A stretch of 37,629 nucleotides of DNA. It comes from Elusimicrobiota bacterium (GTDB lineage: Bacteria; Elusimicrobiota; UBA8919). Positions 27,043-36,163 of this stretch are shown piece by piece. The translations under genes and the position numbers were made by a program. The stretch's first letter is position 1. Every line of letters starts with the position of its first letter. The notes below the pieces were generated by a model. It ran no database searches. It saw only the letters and a list, made by a program, of their open reading frames with translations, and was not told the origin of the DNA. The stretch covers positions 1-37,629 of the forward strand of contig JBDRIG010000070.1 in assembly GCA_043816185.1 (NCBI GenBank), in the 5' to 3' direction.

Positions 27043-28023
27043 ATGCAAATAGGAATTATTGGACTTCCAAACGTCGGAAAATCAACACTTTTTAACTCAC
27101 TTACAAACGCCAACGCTGTTGTTGCGGATTATCCTTTTACAACAATTGAACCAAATATTGGAATCGTTTCCATCCCAGATGTGCGTTTAGAAAAACTTGG
27201 AAGTATTTACAAACCAGAAAAACTAACACCAACAACGATAAAATTTGTTGACATTGCTGGGCTTGTTAAGGGTGCGTCAAAAGGCGATGGGCTTGGCAAT
27301 AAATTTTTATCTCACATAAGAGAGATGGATGCTCTTATTCAAGTGGTTGGATGTTTCAGAGAAGATAGTACTGCCGCTGATGAAATTGAGATAATAAAAA
27401 CTGAACTTTTTCTTGCCGATTTAGAAGTTGTTAATAAAAAAATTTCTTCAATTTCAGCACGAGCAAAATGTGGAATAAAAGAGGCAAAAGAAGAACTTGA
27501 AGTTTTGTATAAAATAAAATCAGAAATTGAAACAGGGCAAGTATCACAATTAAAATTTGCCGATATAATACTGCTTTCTTCTATCCCTGTAATTTATATT
27601 GCGAATGTGAAAGATACCACATCCAAGCTATCTGCTATTTTCTATCCTTTGATTGCAATCAATGCTAAACTAGAAAATGAACTTTTAGAACTTTCCGACG
27701 AGGAAAAAAAAGAATTTGGCGTAAAGTCGGAATTAGCCAAACTTATATTAGCAAGTTATAAACTTTTAAATTTAATTACTTTTTATACAACCGTTGGAGC
27801 TGAAATTAGGGCATGGAACATAAAAGAAGGAACTTCGGCGCAAAAGGCCGCAGGAAAAATTCATACCGATTTTGAAAAAAATTTTATTCGTGTTGAGGTT
27901 TTTAATTTTTCTGAACTTGAAGAACACAAGACAGATAAAATTTTGCACGACAAAGGTCTTATAAGAATTGAAGGTAAGGATTATATTGTAAAAGATGGTG
28001 ATATATTGAGAATAAAAATCTAA
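27043..28023 (+). CDS. ychF: YchF/Ola1 ATPase, shortened
   Basis: GLPNVGKSTLFN, YPFTTIEPN, FVDIAGLVKGASKG.GLGNKFL, AAGKIHTDF, EGKDYIVKDGD. Confidence 0.93.
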   Translation: MQIGIIGLPNVGKSTLFNSLTNANAVVADYPFTTIEPNIGIVSIPDVRLEKLGSIYKPEKLTPTTIKFVDIAGLVKGASKGDGLGNKFLSHIREMDALIQVVGCFREDSTAADEIEIIKTELFLADLEVVNKKISSISARAKCGIKEAKEELEVLYKIKSEIETGQVSQLKFADIILLSSIPVIYIANVKDTTSKLSAIFYPLIAINAKLENELLELSDEEKKEFGVKSELAKLILASYKLLNLITFYTTVGAEIRAWNIKEGTSAQKAAGKIHTDFEKNFIRVEVFNFSELEEHKTDKILHDKGLIRIEGKDYIVKDGDILRIKI

Positions 28024-28074
28024 ATCTATCTCCTGTTATTGAATGATAATTTTAATAAAGGAGGAAGTAATAAA

Positions 28075-29561
28075 ATGATAAAATTTGGAACATCAGGTTG
28101 GCGAGGAATAATTGCTGATGATTTTACTTTTGACAATGTCAAACTTGTAACCCAAGCGATTTCGGATTATATAAAAACGGGGTGTAGTCAAGCAGGTTTG
28201 CAGCAAATGAAATCTGTAGCGAAGGCGAAGAAAGCCGAATGTAGTAAAGCTCATGTCGCGCGTCCTCTATCCCCTGCTGTTATCGTCGGTTACGATACTC
28301 GTTTTCATTCAGAAAATTTTGCAAAAATATCTTCAACGGTTCTTGCAGCAAATGGAATTAAGGTTTTTCTAACAAAGAGAGATTGTCCGACACCCGTTAT
28401 ATCTTATGAAATTTTAAGACAAAAAATAGATGGTGGACTAAATTTTACCGCAAGCCATAATCCTGCGGAATATAATGGTTTAAAATTTTCACCTTCTTGG
28501 GGAGGCCCAGCGCTTCCAGAGACGACAGATGCAATAGAAAAGAAATTACAGATTACAGATTACAGATTACAGAGATGGATTTTGAAGAGGGAAAAAGAAA
28601 AAATCTAATTAAAGAAATTGAGCCAGACAAAAATTATCTTAAAAAAATATCGGAACTTGTAGATTTAAAGGCGATAAAAAAATCAAATATAAAAATGGTG
28701 TTAGATGTTCTCTATGGTACTGGCAGAGGATATCTTGATAAAATTTTAATCGATGCTGATTGTAAAATAAAAGTACTCCACAATTTGCGGGATGTTTTAT
28801 TTGGTGGTAATCCTCCTGAACCAGCGAAAAAAAATCTCGGCGAACTTTTACAAATTTTGAAAAAAGAAAAATATCAGTTAGGACTTGCTACTGATGGAGA
28901 TGCGGATAGATTTGGTATTATTGATAGCGACGGAACTTTTATTACACCGAACGAAACTATTGCACTTTTGTTGGAGCATCTTATAAAAACAAGAGGATGG
29001 AAAGGAGTGGTTGCTCGTTCAGTTATGACAACACATCTTGTTGATGCCATTGCGAAAAAACATAATGTTGAAATTAGAGAGACCCCAGTAGGATTTAAAT
29101 ATATTGGCGAGGTAATGACAAAAGAAAAAATGATTATCGGCGGTGAAGAATCTGGCGGACTTACTATTATGGGGCATATTCCTGAAAAAGACGGGATACT
29201 TGCTTGTCTCTTGGTTGCAGAAATGGTTGCTATCAACAAAAAACCCATTAAAGAAATTTTAAAACAAATTTACAGAGAAGTCGGAACAATTTTATCGGAA
29301 CGACTTAATTTTCATTTACCCTCTGAAAAAATGAACAGCATTAAATCCAAACTTGAGCAAAATCCACCGTTGGAAATTGCATCAATTAAGGTTAAAAGTA
29401 TAAATAAAATAGATGGGTATAAATTTTTATTAGACGATGGTTCATGGGTAGGACTTCGTCTTTCGGGAACAGAGCCAGTTGTAAGGATATATATCGAAGC
29501 GAACAGTCAGAAAAAAATAAATAAATTGATTTTAGCATCACAAGATTTTCTTAATGCGTAG
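28075..29561 (+). pseudogene. Phosphoglucomutase/phosphomannomutase frameshifted at a heptamer repeat (fragments 28075-28608 and ~28575-29561)
   Basis: FGTSGWRG, GYDTR, TASHNP in one frame; DGDADR, GEESG, RLSGTEP in another; may be phase-variable or an assembly artefact. Confidence 0.9.
28546..28573 (+). repeat. Perfect heptamer tandem repeat (TTACAGA)4
   Basis: Four exact units at the frame switch. Confidence 0.95.
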
Positions 29562-29568
29562 TATTTAC

Positions 29569-29760
29569 CACTGCTTCGTTAAGTTCAGTTTGTCATTGTG
29601 GGTGATTTTGTCCGCCATTGTGAGCGACACTGTTTGTTATTGCGAGGGCGAATGAAACGAGCGACGAAGCAATCTCGAACTTCAACTTCAACACAGAGAT
29701 TGCCACGAGCCGATAAATCGGCTCTTGCAATGACCAAAAGTGGGGTTATAACACAGTCTC
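29569..29760 (+). mobile_element. Composite repeat, divergent copy
   Basis: CACTGCTTCGTTAAGTTCAG start, GTTATTGCGAG...CTTGCAATGAC palindrome (29636-29734), CAAAAGT linker, ATAACACAGTCTC end. Confidence 0.8.
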
Positions 29761-29797
29761 GAAGTCGGGCATATCTTAACAATCTCAAAATACTATT

Positions 29798-30865
29798 ATG
29801 AAAGTTTTAAAAAGACACGATTATAACGAGAAATTGTTTGAAAATTTGAGGAAAAAATACCTTACTGGTGAACTTTCTAACGAGAATAATATACTAAAAG
29901 CAAAAGTGGATCCGCCAGATGAAACAAAATTCTTCAATTTCAAAAAAGATGCTTCTCAAAATGAAAGATTAAAGATTGTAGGTGCTAAGGTAATAAAAAG
30001 TGGTAAACTTGGTGTTGTAATTGTAAACGGTGGCACGGCAAGTCGTTTTGGTGGAGTTGTTAAAGGTATTATTGAAGTCTATGATGGGAAAAGTTTTCTT
30101 CAAATAAAATTAGAGCAAATAAAAAAAATAAATCAAAAATATAATGTACAAATTCCGATATATTTGATGAATAGTTATGTAACAGGAGACACGACTCTTC
30201 AGCATCTTAAAAAAAACAATTATTTTGGGCTTAAAGACACAATAAAATGTTTTAATCAATTTATTGCAAAACGATTAAATGTTGATGGTAGTTTTGTTGA
30301 AAGACTATCGGAAAAAGAAACTTATTGTGGTCTTGGTCATGGTAATTTTGTTTCTTCGTTTTCTCAAAAAGGATATTTATCGTCTTTCATTAAAAATGGT
30401 GGAGAACATTTGTGGTATTCTAATATCGACAATCTTGGTGCAATTGTTGATGAGATTATTTTAGGTTATCATATTGATAAAAAGTCAGAAATGACCGTAG
30501 AACTTGTGGAAAAATATCTTTTAGATAAAGGTGGGGCACCTGCCGTTGTAAATGGTCACCTTGAAATTGTAGAGCAGTTTAAGTTTCCGCAGGATTTTAA
30601 CCAGGATTTAATTTCAGTTTTTAATACAGCAACATACATTTTTAAGGCAGATTCATTAAACAAAAAATTTAATCTTCCATTTTATTATGTTGAAAAAGAA
30701 ATCAAAGGAAAAAAGGTTATACAATTTGAACAACTTGCAGGCGACCTTTCCTTATATCTTGAAACAGAATACATAATAACTAATAGAGAAGAGCGATTCT
30801 TTCCGATAAAAACTCCGCAGGATTTGGAAAAAAACCGATACAAGATGAGGAATAGATTTGGATGA
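29798..30865 (+). CDS. UTP--glucose-1-phosphate uridylyltransferase (UDPGP family, not GalU type)
   Basis: NGGTASRFGG..K, LMNS, FNQ, GHG, SNIDNLGA, KGG, FNT, RFFPIK; follows pgm. Confidence 0.82.
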   Translation: MKVLKRHDYNEKLFENLRKKYLTGELSNENNILKAKVDPPDETKFFNFKKDASQNERLKIVGAKVIKSGKLGVVIVNGGTASRFGGVVKGIIEVYDGKSFLQIKLEQIKKINQKYNVQIPIYLMNSYVTGDTTLQHLKKNNYFGLKDTIKCFNQFIAKRLNVDGSFVERLSEKETYCGLGHGNFVSSFSQKGYLSSFIKNGGEHLWYSNIDNLGAIVDEIILGYHIDKKSEMTVELVEKYLLDKGGAPAVVNGHLEIVEQFKFPQDFNQDLISVFNTATYIFKADSLNKKFNLPFYYVEKEIKGKKVIQFEQLAGDLSLYLETEYIITNREERFFPIKTPQDLEKNRYKMRNRFG

Positions 30866-32559
30866 AAAAATTTTCAAAAATCGTTCTGTTTTATACGAGT
30901 TTTCTCTTGCTTTTGTTTGGGTTTTTACTTGCTCCTTTAAAAAATAGAATTTGCAATCAGAAAAATAATGCTGTTGCACTTGCCGTCGAATATGATGATA
31001 TAGCAAATTTTTTCGGTATAGAAAAATTAAAAGATTTCAAAGCCGCTGGAATAAATACCGTTGTAATTTCTGATGAAAAGGCAGTGGATTTTTTTGTCGA
31101 GAGTAATTGGAATCCAGAGTTTAAAAAGTTTCCGCAGGAAAAATATCTTGGCATTTCATCTGAAAAGATTTCAATTGCTTCAAAGTTGAATCTCGATATT
31201 GTTTTTTCAATTCAGGGCGACATATCACTAATTCCACCACCCACATATGTAGCGAATAATCACACTTTTGACATAGAAACACGTAATATAACAACCCATA
31301 TAAAAATTCCAAACATTTTGGCTGTCATTTTAACAGATGGTTTTTATGGTAAAATACCAACAGGCCTTGATTATACTTTTGGAATTGTTGAATTTGCCAA
31401 ACAAAAAGAGGTTAAAAAAATACTTAAAAATTCTACTTACGGTTACAAAGTTTTTAAGTTAAAGTGGGACTCAGATTACAAAAAAAATCTTGATAAAATA
31501 AATCGTGCTGTCGTTGAGAGAAATACTGGAATAATAATTTTAGATTTGTCTCAAACAACGTTTGAATATGCGATTGAATATATCAGAGAATCAAAAAAAA
31601 ATCTTGAAAACGCAAGATTTTTTGTAGGTCGTCCAAAACCAATCAAAGAAATTAACCACGTACTTCTAAAACATATTACTTTTACGAAAATACTTTCACT
31701 TCTTATTGCTTTAATATCACCTGTGATTTGCCTTTTATTTTTATATTTTTTCACACCTGCTTATCAAATTCCATCGAGCAAGGAAAATCTTTCAATCCAT
31801 CAAAGTCAAAGCGATGAATGCGAAAAGAGTACTCCTCTGCCAGTTTTATCTCAGTTAAAATCTGACCTACTTGAATCAAATAAAATTAGAAATGGTTCAT
31901 ATTGTATTTTCGGTGAAAATTTTTTTGTAATAAAAACTATTTCAGTTTTTTTAATAATGACTGTTTTTTCTATTCTATCAGGTGCGACAATATCATCACT
32001 TTTATCTACAAAGGATTTTATGCTTAGTAGCGAAGTATTTAGAGGTGTAAAAATAGCATTTTTGTTGCCAATAGTAGGCTTAATTTATTTATTATATAAA
32101 GATAATTTAAAAGATTTTCTAAAAAAACCGATATTGCGCAGCGAGGCAATTTTTATTGGCATTTTATTATTCGTTATTGGTTTTTATATTGTTAGAACAG
32201 GGAATTATGGTTTAACTACTTTTTTCGAAGATAATTTACGGTTGTTTTTAGAAAAAATATTTTTCGTTAGACCACGATTCAAGGAATTCCTAATTGGACA
32301 TCCTTTTATAATTTTGGCAGTTTATTTGAAATGCAAAGAAAACAATTTTTTATGGAAACCATTTTTTATCGTTGGCATCGTAGGCCAGATTTCAATAATA
32401 AACACGTTTTGTCACATACACACACCTTTTTTTATTTCACTTTTAAGAAGTTTTAATGGATTGTGTATAGGAGTAATTTTTGGCATAATTTTAATTTATT
32501 TGTACAACAAATGTGTTCAAAAAAATAAGTCACAGATTAGTACAAATAGCGTCGGATAA
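30862..32559 (+). CDS. DUF5693-like membrane protein
   Basis: RAVVERN, FRGVK, RTGN, RPRFKEFLIGHP, INTFCHIHTP; directly upstream of csaB. Confidence 0.8.
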   Translation: MKKFSKIVLFYTSFLLLLFGFLLAPLKNRICNQKNNAVALAVEYDDIANFFGIEKLKDFKAAGINTVVISDEKAVDFFVESNWNPEFKKFPQEKYLGISSEKISIASKLNLDIVFSIQGDISLIPPPTYVANNHTFDIETRNITTHIKIPNILAVILTDGFYGKIPTGLDYTFGIVEFAKQKEVKKILKNSTYGYKVFKLKWDSDYKKNLDKINRAVVERNTGIIILDLSQTTFEYAIEYIRESKKNLENARFFVGRPKPIKEINHVLLKHITFTKILSLLIALISPVICLLFLYFFTPAYQIPSSKENLSIHQSQSDECEKSTPLPVLSQLKSDLLESNKIRNGSYCIFGENFFVIKTISVFLIMTVFSILSGATISSLLSTKDFMLSSEVFRGVKIAFLLPIVGLIYLLYKDNLKDFLKKPILRSEAIFIGILLFVIGFYIVRTGNYGLTTFFEDNLRLFLEKIFFVRPRFKEFLIGHPFIILAVYLKCKENNFLWKPFFIVGIVGQISIINTFCHIHTPFFISLLRSFNGLCIGVIFGIILIYLYNKCVQKNKSQISTNSVG

Positions 32560-32598
32560 AATCGGATAAAAATTTGACGTAATCGGTGTTCAAAAAAT

Positions 32599-33678
32599 AT
32601 GTCTGACATACTTATATCAGGTTATTATGGTTTCAAAAATATAGGCGATGAGCTTATCCTTAAAGCGATAATATCAGATTTGCGGAAATATTCGCAGGAT
32701 ATTAAAATTACTGTTTTATCCGTTACGCCCAACGAAACTTCAAATAAGTACAATGTATGTGCCGTCAACAGATGGAATATTTTTTCAATCGTTAAGGAAA
32801 CCATAAAATGTAAGATACTAATATCAGGTAGTGGCGGACTTTTTCAAGATACAACTGGCACATTAAGTTTGTTGTATTACCTCTTAATAATTTTAATTGC
32901 GAAATTTTTCAAAAAAATTGTTTTTATTTATGCGGTTGGAATTGATGAAATTAAATATGCGTTTAATGGTTTTCTAATAAAGAAGTGTTTTAACAACGTT
33001 CATTTTATAACAGTAAGAACCGAAGATGATAAAATTAAACTTCAATCTTTGGCAGTTAACAAAAAGATAATTGTAACATCCGATCCAGTTTTTGGTTTAG
33101 AACTACAGCAATTGGAAAAGAAGAATAATAAAAAACAAAGAGTCGGAATAATTTTAAGAAAAACAAAACATTGGAAAAAAGATGTGAAGATATTTTCTGA
33201 GGTATCTGATTTAATTGTAAAAAATTTAAAAGCTGAAGTTATTTTTATACCGTTTCAATTATCAGAAGATATAGAATTGTTAAATATAATTAAAAATAGT
33301 ACGAATGTTCCGGTTGATATTTTTATATGGAACGATATTGAAGAACTTTTAAAAATATTCTCGCAACTTGATATGGTAGTGAGTATGCGATTACACGGAC
33401 TAATTTTGGCAGCAAAATATAAAATTCCTTTCGTGGCAATATCGCGATATTCAAAGATTAAAAATTTTTTGCGAACAATTGGAGAGCCACTCTGTGATGC
33501 TGATGAGACAAAAACCGAAAAAATATATACTCAAATTTTAGATAAAATTAATGATAGAAAAAATCTTGAAAAAATATCCGCCGTTGTTGATGGTTTGCAA
33601 GATAGATCAAAAAAGACAGCACAACTGTGTGTATCAATGCTGACTTCACATTGTAATATGTGTGATAGAAAATTTTAA
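32599..33678 (+). CDS. csaB: Polysaccharide pyruvyl transferase
   Basis: ISGYYGFKNIGDELIL, GGLFQD.T..SLLYY, ITVR, TSDPV, MRLHGLI. Confidence 0.9.
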   Translation: MSDILISGYYGFKNIGDELILKAIISDLRKYSQDIKITVLSVTPNETSNKYNVCAVNRWNIFSIVKETIKCKILISGSGGLFQDTTGTLSLLYYLLIILIAKFFKKIVFIYAVGIDEIKYAFNGFLIKKCFNNVHFITVRTEDDKIKLQSLAVNKKIIVTSDPVFGLELQQLEKKNNKKQRVGIILRKTKHWKKDVKIFSEVSDLIVKNLKAEVIFIPFQLSEDIELLNIIKNSTNVPVDIFIWNDIEELLKIFSQLDMVVSMRLHGLILAAKYKIPFVAISRYSKIKNFLRTIGEPLCDADETKTEKIYTQILDKINDRKNLEKISAVVDGLQDRSKKTAQLCVSMLTSHCNMCDRKF

Positions 33679-33680
33679 AA

Positions 33681-33708
33681 TTGACGTGTAATTAAAATAT
33701 GATATAAT
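33681..33708 (+). promoter_or_regulatory. Sigma70-type promoter upstream of ftsX
   Basis: TTGACG (33681-33686), 16 bp spacer, TGn-TATAAT (33703-33708). Confidence 0.7.
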
Positions 33709-33726
33709 CAAAAGCGTTGAATCTAA

Positions 33727-33824
33727 CACTACTTCGTTAAATTCAGCTCGTCATTACGACACAGTCGCAACGACCATGAACATAAAATAGGTTGTCAGTA
33801 AATAAGTTACTTAACGAAGTAGTG
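33727..33824. mobile_element. 98-bp MITE with perfect 14-bp TIRs and CTAA target duplication (IS701-like)
   Basis: CACTACTTCGTTAA (33727-33740) / TTAACGAAGTAGTG (33811-33824); CTAA at 33723-33726 and 33825-33828. Confidence 0.88.
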
Positions 33825-33947
33825 CTAACGCTCTTGATTGCAACGATAAAGGTATCGATTATAACGACAAATTTTCATCAGTAAATCTTGGCATCGTTTC
33901 TTTATCGCCGTGATCGTTTTTTAGAAATCACTGTAACTAGATCTATT

Positions 33948-34703
33948 ATGAAAAAAATATCAGTGCTTGTTATTATATTCGTTATAAGTTCAACTGTATT
34001 CTTGGGATTTTTTTCACTTATTGTGAAAAATCTCTCTTACTATTTTTCTGAATTTTCTGATCGGATTGAAATAGTTGCATTTATTGACGATAAACTAAGT
34101 GATGTCGAGAAAAAAAAACTTGTTGAAAAAATTGAAAGTATGGATATGATTGAAAAAATAAAGTATACTTCAAAAACTGAAGCGATGAATGAATTTAGTC
34201 TTGATCTCGAATTTTCCAAACAGATAAGAATTCTTGGAGAAAATCCACTACCTGCAGTTATCGATATCTACTTAAAAAAGAAAGATCCGGAAACGGTGGA
34301 AAAAATTGCAAAGGAAGTAAAATTAGTCAGTGGTATTGAAGATATTTATTATGCTTCTGTTGAAGCGGAAAAATTGCTTGCCATAAATAAAACATTTAAT
34401 ATTTTAAGAAAGTGGTTCAGTTTAATTTTTGGTATATTTGTGATCATTTCAATTATTTCGCTATCAATTGTTGTGCATGGTAAAAAAATCCTTTTTGGTA
34501 TAGTAGATGCTATTGTTGGAGGTGGAATAGGTTTTTGTATCCTATATTTGATGCATAAATATATTTTTATACAAAATTTCAAAACACCCGTTTTTTTTAG
34601 TAAGTTAGAAATTGCAATAAGTTTTATTGTTTTGGTAAGTATATGTCTTATAGTAAGAGTTCCGAGAATGATAAGGATTCCAAAAAACGTTGTTGAAGAA
34701 TAA
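33948..34703 (+). CDS. ftsX: FtsX-like permease, divergent
   Basis: TM1, extracellular domain EIVAFID...Y.SK.EA...F...LGENPLP, further TMs; upstream of envC and ctpA. Confidence 0.8.
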   Translation: MKKISVLVIIFVISSTVFLGFFSLIVKNLSYYFSEFSDRIEIVAFIDDKLSDVEKKKLVEKIESMDMIEKIKYTSKTEAMNEFSLDLEFSKQIRILGENPLPAVIDIYLKKKDPETVEKIAKEVKLVSGIEDIYYASVEAEKLLAINKTFNILRKWFSLIFGIFVIISIISLSIVVHGKKILFGIVDAIVGGGIGFCILYLMHKYIFIQNFKTPVFFSKLEIAISFIVLVSICLIVRVPRMIRIPKNVVEE

Positions 34704-34771
34704 AAAAGCGAGTGACGATACGATTATGTGATGATATGTTGAAAAAGATGATAATGCAATTATGCGTTGAT

Positions 34772-36053
34772 ATGCTAATGTATAAAAACCGAATTACAAT
34801 ATTATCATATTATCGTATTGTCATCATTACCCTTCTACTTTGCACTTTACGTTTTATGCCTTGCGTCGTCATCTATGCTTTCAATTACGATAAACAGATA
34901 GAAGAATGCAAGCAGAAAATTAAAGAGAGTAAAATAAAACTTACAGATGTTCAATCAAAAATTTCTAATAAAAAAAATAACATAAAAACTATAAAGAAAA
35001 AAGAAACATCTCTTGGGGCATATCTTGAGAATACTATAAGAAAACTTGAAACTACAAAAACAGGACTACTTAAAACAAAAATATTAATAAAAAAACAGCA
35101 AGAATCGATAGATACGCTAAAAATAAAATTAGAAATTGCAAAATTGGAAACGATCAGATGGAAAAATATATTAAAAAAAGAGTTAAGATTTGCACATAAG
35201 TATAGCGTAACGAAAGCGATTGATGCTCAATATTTTCCAAGAATAATACTTTCTTCAAATTCATCTGTTGATATAGCTAAGCGATATAGGTTTCTTCAGA
35301 TTATAGCACGACAAAAATCGTTTGTTTATATTCAGACATTAAAAAATATTCAGAAATACGAAATATTAGAAACAGGACTTGAGACAAAGATGTGCAGATT
35401 AAAAGAGTTGGAAAAAGAGAAAAAAAATTCAGAACAGTTATATGTGAAGCAGAAAAAAGAAAAGGAACAATTATTATCAACAGTAGTAAAAAAACGAATC
35501 TTTTATGAAGGTGAACTTTTAAATTTAAAAGATTCTGAAACAATGCTCTCTAATTTGATAATACTTTTAAGAAAAAAAACAGCAGAAACTGCTAAACAAA
35601 AAAAAAAAAGAAGAAGAATTATCTTATTTAAGAATGTCAAAAAGAAAAGGTGTTATATCGTGGCCTATTGAAGATGACCCATCGAAGTTAAGAAACAGTT
35701 TAGATGCAATTTTCGGCAAACAAAAACATCCACAGTTTGACACTTGGGTTGTAAATAACGGTATCAGAATTAGATCGGCCATAGGGCAAAATGTAATTGC
35801 TGTTGACGGCGGGAAAGTGGTATTTGCCGATGACTTTAAGTCGTACGGAAAGACGGTTATTATCGATCATTCTGGTGGATTTTATACTGTCTACGGTAAT
35901 CTTGATGAAATAGCTGTCAAAGACCAACAGAATATTGAGAAAGGTGAAATTATTGGTATGGTTGGAGTTTCTATCTATTCACAAAATGCATCTTTGTATT
36001 TTGAGTTTCGTAAAGATGGTATTCCACAAAATCCACTTGTTTGGCTAAAATAA
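34772..36053 (+). pseudogene. envC: EnvC-like coiled-coil + M23 protein frameshifted at A12 (35598-35609)
   Basis: Coiled-coil ORF to 35671; M23 domain (WP, NNGI.I, YGKTVIIDH, VYGNL, LYFEFR, NP..WL) in the next frame; start uncertain. Confidence 0.85.
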
Positions 36054-36163
36054 AAAAAAAGACAATCGAGGCGGGTTCACATGATGGTCGTCGAGACAAA
36101 CGAATAAAATTAGATTTAGTTGATCAATTATCGTCTTAATCGTTGTTTACGGAGGAGAGAAAA

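Noticed and set aside
28575..28608. Programmed -1 ribosomal frameshift in pgm
   Set aside because: No correctly phased X_XXY_YYZ slippery heptamer; the heptamer repeat explains the shift more simply
29585..29801. ORFs 29598-29801 (+), 29585-29788 (-), 24605-24817 (-) and 13574-13762 (-)
   Set aside because: Translations of the palindromic repeat family, not genes
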